From Candidatus Multivoradales bacterium (lineage in GTDB: Bacteria; Acidobacteriota; Thermoanaerobaculia; Multivoradales; Multivoraceae): DNA of 64,000 nucleotides. The position numbers were made by a program, and so were the translations under genes. The notes beneath the pieces were generated by a model. The model saw only the letters and a program-made list of their open reading frames with translations, did no database searches and was not told where the DNA came from. Location of the stretch: NCBI GenBank assembly GCA_965223325.1, contig CBDCWI010000001.1, positions 832,001 to 896,000 of the forward strand, read 5' to 3'. This document shows positions 49,801-57,396 of the stretch, one piece after another (the first letter of the stretch is position 1; the number at the start of each line of letters is the position of its first letter).

Positions 49801-50791
49801 CTTCCTCGATCGGAGCTGGTGGGTCGAGACGCTCGATGCCGACCACCGGTGCATGATTGGTCTCGAAGTCGAGCTCGACGTTACAGCGATCGGCGATTCG
49901 GCGGGTATTGATGAGCGCCTCGGGATGGTCCTTGAAGATCTCAGCCATCGCCTGGGGGCCTTTGACCCACAGGTCTCGCGGGTAGCGCAGGCGCTCGGCG
50001 TCGTCTTTGAGCTTGCCGGTCGACACACAGACGAGAGTGTCGTGGGTGTCCCAGTCTTCAGCGCGCAGGAAATGGGCGTCGTTGTCGCACACCAACGGCA
50101 GCGACAACTCTTCGCTCATTCGTGCCAGGTGTGGGTTGATCTCGTCCTGCTCGCGCGTTCCGTGGCGCTGCAACTCGAGAAAGAAGCGCGGCTCGCCCTT
50201 TTCGTTGGGCCCGAAGAGCTCGGCGTGCCAGCGCGCCTCGGCAAGTGCGCGCTCGTAGTAGTGGTCTTCACCCTTTTCGACGTACTGGCGAAGCCAGTAG
50301 GCGATTGACGAGCCAAGGTGTCCGTTGATTGCGATCAGACCCTCGCCCCAGGCGGTGAGAGTCTCCTTGTCCATTCGGGGTTTGTAGTAGAAGCCCTCGA
50401 TGTAGGAGTCGCTGGTGAGTTTGAGCAGGTTCTGGTAGCCGGTTTGATTCTCAGCCAACAGCACGAGGTGAAAACCACCGTCGGAGACGCCCTGGGTCTC
50501 CTTGAATCGACGATCAGACTGTTCGCGCACGACGTCGGGCGCCACGTAGGCTTCGATTCCCAGGATGGGCTTGATGCCCTTCTTCGTGCAGGCGCGGTAA
50601 AAGGAAACGGCTCCGAACATATTGCCGTGATCGGTCAGCGCTACCGCATCCATGCCGAGTTCGGCCACCTTGTCGACCAGATCTCCGATGCGGTTGCCGC
50701 CATCGAGAAGCGAGTACTCAGAGTGCAGATGCAGGTGGGTGAAGCCGGCGCGCTCGATGGCTTCCTGGGTGTTCTCGGTCAGATCGGTCAT
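46823..50791 (-). CDS. dnaE: DNA polymerase III alpha subunit
   Basis: HLHLHSEYSLLDG (PHP), TDHGNMFG, RGSG, PDIDID, LLKMDFLGLKTL, YQEQVM and FAGYGFNKSHS, plus an OB fold. Confidence 0.97.
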   Translation of the reverse strand: MTDLTENTQEAIERAGFTHLHLHSEYSLLDGGNRIGDLVDKVAELGMDAVALTDHGNMFGAVSFYRACTKKGIKPILGIEAYVAPDVVREQSDRRFKETQGVSDGGFHLVLLAENQTGYQNLLKLTSDSYIEGFYYKPRMDKETLTAWGEGLIAINGHLGSSIAYWLRQYVEKGEDHYYERALAEARWHAELFGPNEKGEPRFFLELQRHGTREQDEINPHLARMSEELSLPLVCDNDAHFLRAEDWDTHDTLVCVSTGKLKDDAERLRYPRDLWVKGPQAMAEIFKDHPEALINTRRIADRCNVELDFETNHAPVVGIERLDPPAPIEEAPRGSPEWHRRFSSTYRLVPVDSTTAGELTHEEREERCDAALRELAEAGLVWRYGDEGVTEAHRQRLERELGVLSSKHISAYFLIVWDFVNEARNRGIPAMARGSGVGTMVGYCLGLSNACPVQYGLLFERFTDPDRSEYPDIDIDLCQDGRAEILDYVREKYGYVAQIITFGTMKARAAVRDVGRVLNLPLPDVDKICKLIGDQLGITIQDALGQEPELESLCRDPHVKSVIDTAQALEGITRHSGVHAAGVVLATQPLDNLVPLAISKQGTKKSDKKNRDSGPKDILVTQWDGPTVESMGLLKMDFLGLKTLSVVERARALVRETLSEEQVQRALGHTVPLPPNAPDPLDLDRIDFTDPKVLDLYRRGETVGTFQFESDGMRSLLLKMRPDRLEDLVAGNALYRPGPMALIDDYCKRKNGEARVPKVHEIVDRFTEDTYGIMVYQEQVMQIAHELGGIPLREAYSLIKAISKKKHETINAARARFLDGAETRGLARRKAAELFELILKFAGYGFNKSHSVGYSILAFQTAFLKTYFPVQFMAAVLTFESDNTDKLVTYLDECKRVLLPNGERGTLVKPPDVNTSRHRFQVVYEDGEEVTPSAGHIRFGLDAIKGVGAKAVEATLEARESGGPFQSIFDFVERVPPSLVNKSTVEALMKAGAFDSIHGEEMRSTLFAALERVVKHGQRAAADRDSGQSSLFGGAANETSEEAVAELPQVEPWSSAEQLQHEKAALGFFASKHPLDEHEDVLENFSSANLAQAQELPGKSEIIVGAMITNLRVVRTRSGRNPGQKMAMLTIEDHHGKMDAVVFSEAYLALEHVLKEDAILFWKGTVDRRREEPNLLVEKVVTLEDAPSQFCSRVRICLEDAGLQPPEATRGAANEATEEPEGASMKDELMKLRELLDDEKKRINGSAAEVVFEIRLGGRVVHHRPSGLRVPVDPGLPGRVDELLGRDGACSLHGPERVQGGPARTLAPPPVETDPAWTYPGQ

Positions 50792-50879
50792 GTCGGGTTG
50801 TTCATATCAGTCAGCCTGAGCGGTCGGCCTGGGAAGTGGGCCTGGGGCCAGGAACGGCGTCGGTACCGCTACCCCCAGG

Positions 50880-51473
50880 TTACCCTTCTGCCGGTTCCGG
50901 CCGGCGCGCGGATGCCGGCCTGAAGGCCACCACTCGTTCGCCATCGGTTTCGAGGTAGGGGCCGCCGATCAGATCGATGCAATACGGAATCGCCGGGAAG
51001 ACCGCGTCCAGACACTCGGCGATCGCCTTCGGTGCCCCAGGGAGGTTGACGACCAGACCAGCGCCCGCCGCGCCGTCGGCGGTTCGGTCACGGACGGCGG
51101 CGGTCTGACGGGAGAGAATGGCGGTTGCCACCTTGGCGAGCGAAACCTGGCGCATGAGCTCACCAAAGCCCGGCATCTCGCGGTCACAAACCGCCAGGGT
51201 CGCCTCCGGCGTGACATCGCGCGGGGCAGGCCCGGTGCCGCCGGTGGTCACTACCAGGCAGCACCCGTCGCGATCGATCAGCTGGACGAGCGCCTCTTCG
51301 ATCAGCGATCGATCGTCGGAAACGACGCGTGCACAGACGTCGAACGGCGGGCGCACCACGCTGTCGAAGTACGCCTGCACGGCGGGGCCGCCACGGTCTT
51401 CATACTCGCCGCGCGCGGCGCGGTCCGAAACCGTCAGCACCCCCAGTCGCGGATCACCACGGTGCTCACTCAC
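50880..51473 (-). CDS. mog: Molybdopterin adenylyltransferase
   Basis: TVSDRA..G.YED, TTGGTGPAPRDVTPEAT, AILSRQ, NLPG and AIPYCIDLIGGP. Confidence 0.93.
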   Translation of the reverse strand: MSEHRGDPRLGVLTVSDRAARGEYEDRGGPAVQAYFDSVVRPPFDVCARVVSDDRSLIEEALVQLIDRDGCCLVVTTGGTGPAPRDVTPEATLAVCDREMPGFGELMRQVSLAKVATAILSRQTAAVRDRTADGAAGAGLVVNLPGAPKAIAECLDAVFPAIPYCIDLIGGPYLETDGERVVAFRPASARRPEPAEG

Positions 51474-51742
51474 AGAGCGCTCGCTCGGCCTGGTCGGTTG
51501 ATGTTCGAACCCTGGGAACTCACGGCTCGTCTAGTTTTTCAGAGCATAGCCTCCGCGGTAGGTCAAGAGGTGGTGACACGCGATTCGAACGATCGTCGAC
51601 GCGCAACACAGAGAGCGCAACGCGCGGTGCAGCCGCAAGGAGAGCGGGCCGATTTCTCGGAAAACACGTGGACTCGCATCGACTGACCGACCGGTCGGGT
51701 TGCGCTAACCTCGACTCCCGCCCTTCAAGACGAGACGCGCTC

Positions 51743-54076
51743 ATGAGACACCCCGACAGAACACCCTCCCCCACGACACATCGCCCCCTGCTCTCGACCT
51801 TCACCGTCGCTCTGGCGATCGTCCTGGTGGCCTCCTTCAGCCTTGGCCCAGGCTCCGATCCGGCGGTGGGCCACACCCGGATCACGACCGACATCACCTT
51901 TGGCGACGAGGTGCGCACCATCCTGCGGCGGCATTGCATGCGTTGCCACAGCGCTGGCGGAATTGCACCGGGGTTCATCGACCTGACCACCTACGGCACC
52001 GACAAAGCACCCGGAGCGCGGGCATGGGCAACCGCAATCGAAGAAGAACTGCTGACCGGCCGCATGCCGCCCTGGACCGCCGATCCCCGCTACGACGCCT
52101 ACAGCAACACTCGGCTGATGACGCAGCTCGAAAAGGACATGCTGGTGGCCTGGGTCGAAGGAGGTGCTCCGCAGGGACCGCGCCGCGACCTGCCACCGCC
52201 GGCCGAGTTCGGAATCGAAGAGTGGGAGCTGGGACCGCCCGATCTGGTGGTCGAGCTGCCCGAGGCGTTCGTGCTGCCGGCCGGCGAGAAAACAGGCCTC
52301 GCCCAGACCAGCGTCGAGCTCGAGCTGGCACCCGAGCTCGCCGAGGACGGCACCTGGATCACCGGCTTCGAGTTCCGCACCGACGCGCCCCAGAGCGTTG
52401 CCCGCATGAGTGCCTTCCTGGTCGACGACCACTTGCCACCGGAGGAGCTCGAGCTCGAGGTCCAGGTGCCCTACGATCCGTTCCGCGACGAAGACGCCGA
52501 AGAGCCCACGCGCCTGCGCCAGTCGCCGCAGGGTCGCCGCTTTCTCGGTCAGTGGGTGCGGGGCGACGCACCGGTGCTCTTGCCAGACGGTGCGGGGAAA
52601 CGCCTGCGCTCTGGAACGAGGGTCGAACTGGTCATCGAGTACGACCGCGCGCCCTGGGCTCCGCAGGGCGAAGTGCGCGACCGCAGTCGGGTTGGCTTGT
52701 TCTTCAAGTCTGCAGACGAGGAGATCGAGAAGCTCGTCGAACAGGGCGCATTGGAAGCAGTCGCTGGAGGCGAGCGTCAATCGGCACCTGTGGTCCGAAA
52801 GAGAAAGAGAATTCGCTGGGGGCGTGGCGCAAAGGCCGCCGTCCCTGCTCCAGGTCCCACCGGTCTTGCCCTGGTCGCCGCTACAACTCTCACCGAGAAT
52901 GTGCGCCTGGTCGGCATCCAACCCGCAATGTCCAGCGGCACCGAGGCGTTCGAAATCCGCGCCAGCTATCCCGACGGCCGCCGCGTGACTCTGGTCTACG
53001 TCCCCGAGTACCGGCCGGAGTACCCGAGCTCGTACTGGCTCAACGACGAGCTGGCGGCACCTGCCGGAACCAGAATCGAGCTCTTGATGCGACGCGCCGC
53101 AGACTCGCCAGACCAGGGCCCGACGGGCGAGCCCAGGGTCTGGATCGACTGGGTACTCGACGACCACCTGGTGCTGCCTGAGGTCTTCGTACCGCGAGAA
53201 GGCCCCGAGTCCGAGGGCAAAGTGATGGGCAACCTCTTCACCACCGCCGATGGTGACAGCGCTGGCTCCCCAGGAGCTCCAGCTCCTACCGCCAACGACC
53301 CCAACGCCGCGGCACACATGGATCACACGCCGCTGCACGGCGGGCAGTTCTTCATGGCCTCGAATCAGTACCACCATATCGAGGGCAGTCTGCCCATCGA
53401 AGGGGAGTTCCGGGTCTACGTCTACGACGACTTCAAGAAGCCGATCGATCCGCGCAACTTCGCTGGCGATCTGGTTTTCGAAGACTACGACCCAGAGAGC
53501 GGCGACTTCTCCGAAGAACGGTTCCCGCTCGAAGCGATCCCGGGGACGGACTACCTGGTGGCGCGCTTCCCGTGGGGCGACGAGGTGGAAGGCGGGAAGA
53601 AGTTTCCGATCGAAATGTTTGCCGCACTCGACCTGGCCGGCAAGAACAACCGCTACGACTTCTACTTCGATGCCCTCACCGAGGAGCCGGCCTACGTGCC
53701 GAGGACGCGCGCCGCCGGCTCCGCGGCTCACAGTCATGAGCGTCCACCCTTGACCATTCCCTCGACTCCCGACGGCATCGTCTCCGAGCTCGTCGTGCGC
53801 CGCAATCGCGTCCAGCAACAGATCGACGACGCCATCTGGCCTTCGCTCTATGTACCGGCGTTCGATGCCCGCGACCTGGCAGAGGCACTCCTCGGTCGCA
53901 TGGAGGGGTTCGACGCCCGCGAGCGTGGGGCTGCACGACGCGCCATCACTCTCATCCTGCAGGGCGCCGCCGATCTCGATCGCGCTGGTGACCTGGAAGA
54001 TGCCGCCCGCGCCCGACGTGCCTTCGAGCGCTTCAACGAAGGCGTGCGCACCCTCGAGGGACTCGGGCAGCGCTGA
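51743..54076 (+). CDS. Secreted cytochrome c (CMRCH) fused to a copper-monooxygenase-like fold and a His-rich domain
   Basis: Signal peptide, CMRCH, RMPPW, WVEGGAP.G, W.LG.PD and HMDHTPLHGGQFFM..HHIEG. ATG at 51743. Confidence 0.75.
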   Translation: MRHPDRTPSPTTHRPLLSTFTVALAIVLVASFSLGPGSDPAVGHTRITTDITFGDEVRTILRRHCMRCHSAGGIAPGFIDLTTYGTDKAPGARAWATAIEEELLTGRMPPWTADPRYDAYSNTRLMTQLEKDMLVAWVEGGAPQGPRRDLPPPAEFGIEEWELGPPDLVVELPEAFVLPAGEKTGLAQTSVELELAPELAEDGTWITGFEFRTDAPQSVARMSAFLVDDHLPPEELELEVQVPYDPFRDEDAEEPTRLRQSPQGRRFLGQWVRGDAPVLLPDGAGKRLRSGTRVELVIEYDRAPWAPQGEVRDRSRVGLFFKSADEEIEKLVEQGALEAVAGGERQSAPVVRKRKRIRWGRGAKAAVPAPGPTGLALVAATTLTENVRLVGIQPAMSSGTEAFEIRASYPDGRRVTLVYVPEYRPEYPSSYWLNDELAAPAGTRIELLMRRAADSPDQGPTGEPRVWIDWVLDDHLVLPEVFVPREGPESEGKVMGNLFTTADGDSAGSPGAPAPTANDPNAAAHMDHTPLHGGQFFMASNQYHHIEGSLPIEGEFRVYVYDDFKKPIDPRNFAGDLVFEDYDPESGDFSEERFPLEAIPGTDYLVARFPWGDEVEGGKKFPIEMFAALDLAGKNNRYDFYFDALTEEPAYVPRTRAAGSAAHSHERPPLTIPSTPDGIVSELVVRRNRVQQQIDDAIWPSLYVPAFDARDLAEALLGRMEGFDARERGAARRAITLILQGAADLDRAGDLEDAARARRAFERFNEGVRTLEGLGQR

Positions 54077-54112
54077 CAGGCAGCACTCTGGCTGCGCCCG
54101 CGGGCCTCGCTG

Positions 54113-56545
54113 CTACTCGTTGCGCAGCGTCTGCTGTACGTCGATCCGCGCTGCTCGCCAGGCCGGCGCTAGAAGCGCCAGCGAAGCAACCGCTAGAAGG
54201 GCGACGGGCACCGTCGTCCACACCAACGGGTCGAACGGATCGACCTCGTAGAGCTGACTGGCCACCAGCCGCGTGCCCACCGCGGCGATCGCCAGGCCGA
54301 TGGCTGCACCGAAAAGCGCCAGCTTCAGACCACCGGCCAAAACCAGCTGGATGACACTCGAAACCTGGGCACCGAGAGCCAAGCGGATTCCGAGCTCCCG
54401 CCGCTGTTGTTGCACGCCGTGTGAGATCACTCCATAGAGCCCGATGGCTGCTAAAAGAAGGGCAACTGCGGCGAAGATCGCCAACATCCCGGCAAGCAGG
54501 GACTCGGTGGCCGACGCCTGGCCGACCAACTCGTCGAGGGTGGTGACCTCAGCAACGGCGAGATTGGGGTCGAGTTCAGCAACCGCCGCACGCACATCGT
54601 GAGCCCTCGAAAGTGGTGCTTTGTCGCTTCGCAGGATCACATAGGGCGCACCGAAGGGACTCTGTTGGTAGGGAATGTAGACGGCAGGGCGCGCCGGCTC
54701 GACGAGACCGAAGTGCCGGGTATCGGCAACCACGCCAACGATCTCACGCCAGCGAACGGTGGCGTTCATGTTGATGCGCTTACCGAGTGCCGACTCCTCG
54801 CCGAAATATCGCTTGGCGGTCGCCTCATTGACTACTAGCACGTCTGGCGCCCCCTCGCGATCGGAAGCCGAAAAGGTGCGCCCAGAGAGGAGCGGGATGC
54901 CCATCGTCTTGAAGTAGCCGTCGTCGACCGAGCGCACCCATCCGAACGGCTGGTCGGCGGGCTCGGGTTCTGCCGCACCCTCGATCTGGTAGCTCGTGTC
55001 ACCGTCGTTCCCGGCCAGAGGCGGGGCGTTGGTGTGTGCGACGCCTACGACCCCCGGTAACGAGCGCAAGCGCTCGAGAAGCTGGTCTGAGAAGTCAAAG
55101 CGCGCCGCGCGTTCGTTGTAGACGTCGCCGGTCAAGGCGATGCGTGCAACTAGAGCGTTCTCGCTTTGAAAGCCGAGATCGAGCGACCAGAGTTTGGCCA
55201 GACTGCGACCGATCAATCCGGCACCGATCAAGAGCACAACCGCCAGGGCCACCTCGGCAACCACAAGGAGCGCACGAGTCCGCCGTGCTGCCGGCCCGGC
55301 AGACGCCCGGCCGGTGGCCGAGGCAACACCCGAGTCACCGGCGCGGATCCTGAGGCCTGACGCCTCGAGCGCCGGCAAAACACCGAAGGTAACCGCCGTC
55401 AGTATCGTTACAACGCTTGCGGCTACAAGAGTCGGTAGGTCAATGCCAGCTTCTAGGAGGCGGGGCACCGAATCTCCCGCCGCTCTTCGCACCGCCTCGA
55501 GGCCAGCGAAGGCCAGGCCGATGCCGCCGACTCCGCCGAGCAAGGCCAGGACCAAACTCTCGACGAAAAACGACTGCACCAGCTGCCCGCGTCGGGCACC
55601 GAGCGCCAGGCGCACGGCGATCTCACGCCGGCGCGCCAGGGTGCGAGCCAACTGCACACCAGCGACGTTGGCGCAGGCGATCAGGAGCAAGACGGCGACC
55701 GCTCCGAGAAGCAGAAGAAGCGGCGTGCGCACGTTGCCGGTCACGCGATCGGCTAAGGGAATCACCCGAATGCCATGTCCGACATTGGTGTCGGGGTGCG
55801 CTTGTTCGAGGGCGCTCGCGATGGTCGCCAGCTCGGCCTGGGCCTCAGAAGTCGTTCTACTAGGTGCAAGTCTCCCCACCACCCGTAAGGTCACACAGTT
55901 GCGGCCACAGGAGTTGCTTTCGTCGATCTGGAGCGGCGCCAGCACATCGGGCGGACCAACGAAGGGTAAGTCGAGGTCAGGCGACAGGACCCCGACGATT
56001 GTCCAGACCTGGTTGTCGAGCCGGAATGACTTGCCGACGATGTCGGTCTGGCCGCCGAAGCGACGATGCCAAAAGCTATGCCCGATCAGGACGACCCTTT
56101 CCCCATCTGCTCTGTCGACCGATTCATCGAATGAGGTGCCGAGCTGGGGAGGACGCCCCAAGACCTCGAGCACGTTCCAGCTCGCCTGCCCGCCAGAGAG
56201 CTGTTCCGGCGGCTCGCCGTCGCGACCGGCAACCGTTGGTCGCCATCCACCGATTGCCGCCATCTCGGTGACCGTCTTCGAAGACCGTCGCCAATCGGCG
56301 AAGTTGTCCCACGACGCCCACTCGTCACTCGGGCCGTCGATCCGCGTCAGGTCCTGCCACACCGTGACCAGACGAGCCGGTTCTTCATAGGGCAAAGGGC
56401 GCACCACTACTGCCCAGACGACCCCGAAGATCGTCGTGACCGCGCCGATACCGAGCGCTAGAGTGACTGCTACTACCAGCGTCGTGAGCGGTTGGCGGAC
56501 AGCCATGCGAAGGGCCTGGCGAAGGTCGCCACGCAGGTTACTCAT
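54113..56545 (-). CDS. ADOP-type duplicated ABC permease (two MacB-PCD/FtsX units)
   Basis: DLRQALR..TLALGIG, LLIACANVA..RRREIAVRLALGA and GLYGV..RELGIRLALGA. No adjacent ATPase. ATG at 56545. Confidence 0.9.
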   Translation of the reverse strand: MSNLRGDLRQALRMAVRQPLTTLVVAVTLALGIGAVTTIFGVVWAVVVRPLPYEEPARLVTVWQDLTRIDGPSDEWASWDNFADWRRSSKTVTEMAAIGGWRPTVAGRDGEPPEQLSGGQASWNVLEVLGRPPQLGTSFDESVDRADGERVVLIGHSFWHRRFGGQTDIVGKSFRLDNQVWTIVGVLSPDLDLPFVGPPDVLAPLQIDESNSCGRNCVTLRVVGRLAPSRTTSEAQAELATIASALEQAHPDTNVGHGIRVIPLADRVTGNVRTPLLLLLGAVAVLLLIACANVAGVQLARTLARRREIAVRLALGARRGQLVQSFFVESLVLALLGGVGGIGLAFAGLEAVRRAAGDSVPRLLEAGIDLPTLVAASVVTILTAVTFGVLPALEASGLRIRAGDSGVASATGRASAGPAARRTRALLVVAEVALAVVLLIGAGLIGRSLAKLWSLDLGFQSENALVARIALTGDVYNERAARFDFSDQLLERLRSLPGVVGVAHTNAPPLAGNDGDTSYQIEGAAEPEPADQPFGWVRSVDDGYFKTMGIPLLSGRTFSASDREGAPDVLVVNEATAKRYFGEESALGKRINMNATVRWREIVGVVADTRHFGLVEPARPAVYIPYQQSPFGAPYVILRSDKAPLSRAHDVRAAVAELDPNLAVAEVTTLDELVGQASATESLLAGMLAIFAAVALLLAAIGLYGVISHGVQQQRRELGIRLALGAQVSSVIQLVLAGGLKLALFGAAIGLAIAAVGTRLVASQLYEVDPFDPLVWTTVPVALLAVASLALLAPAWRAARIDVQQTLRNE

Positions 56546-56731
56546 GCTCCGAACTCCGACCCTGTTGATTCCCACATTGTGTCGTATCCATTGCCGGTAC
56601 GCGGTGGGTCGACAGGAGTTGCGACAAAGGAGCACGCGTTGACTCGCCTCCGGGTATTTCGTCCCTAGGCCACCTGCGAGTACCATGCCCCGGCGCGGTC
56701 AGCTCTTCTTGCGGGGCGGACCGGGAGAGTC

Positions 56732-57385
56732 ATGATCACGGCCGTGCCAAGCAACACCAACGAAGCCACAGCGACCCCCCACCGGCGGCGACTTCCGCTG
56801 GCGATCAAGATCGGCTTTTCGATCTTCATCGCCATTTTCGTTCCGGTCTATTGGCGCGAGTACGGGCCTGCGAACTTCTTGTGGTTGTGCGACCTCGGAA
56901 ATTTCATCCTGCTGGTGGCGCTGTGGCGCGAGAGCGCGCTCTTGGTTTCGTCGCAGGCGGTGGGCGTGCTGGTCGTTCAGACCTTGTGGTGCGCCGACTT
57001 TTTGGGTGGTTTGCTGTTCGGGGTACACCCCTTCGGGGGCACGCAGTACATGTGGAGCGAGGAGATCCCGATCGCCATCCGGTCCATTTCTTTGTTCCAC
57101 TTCGCCGTTCCTCCCCTACTTGTTTTCGCGGTTAAACGCCTGGGCTACGACCGGCGCGGCCTGGCTCTGCAGGCTGTGCTGTGCTGGCTCGTCTTGCCCG
57201 TCTCGTTCTTCTTCACCGACCCAGGTCGCAACCTCAACTGGGTGTGGCGGCCGTTCGAGCGCGAGCAGTCGTTCTTGCCTCCGCTGCCCTACCTCTTCAC
57301 GCTCATGCTGGCCTATGTCGTGGTGTTGTACATCCCCACCCACCTGGCCCTCGATCGGATGTTCGGGCGCCAGCGCCAGGCGTAG
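56732..57385 (+). CDS. Membrane protein (TMEM164/YwaF-like pattern)
   Basis: YGPANFLWLCD, GTQYM, SLFH and NLNW, with about 6 TM segments. Confidence 0.7.
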   Translation: MITAVPSNTNEATATPHRRRLPLAIKIGFSIFIAIFVPVYWREYGPANFLWLCDLGNFILLVALWRESALLVSSQAVGVLVVQTLWCADFLGGLLFGVHPFGGTQYMWSEEIPIAIRSISLFHFAVPPLLVFAVKRLGYDRRGLALQAVLCWLVLPVSFFFTDPGRNLNWVWRPFEREQSFLPPLPYLFTLMLAYVVVLYIPTHLALDRMFGRQRQA

Positions 57386-57396
57386 GTAGGCGAACG

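Noticed and set aside
46823-50791. Intein or split in dnaE
   Set aside because: Inserts are short, lack C/S...HN intein termini and LAGLIDADG motifs, and the ORF is continuous.
51725-53818. Long antisense ORFs (697 aa here; also 6525-7868, 40395-41696, 47738-49006 and others)
   Set aside because: Shadow ORFs typical of high-GC DNA, lying opposite well-supported genes and without motifs.
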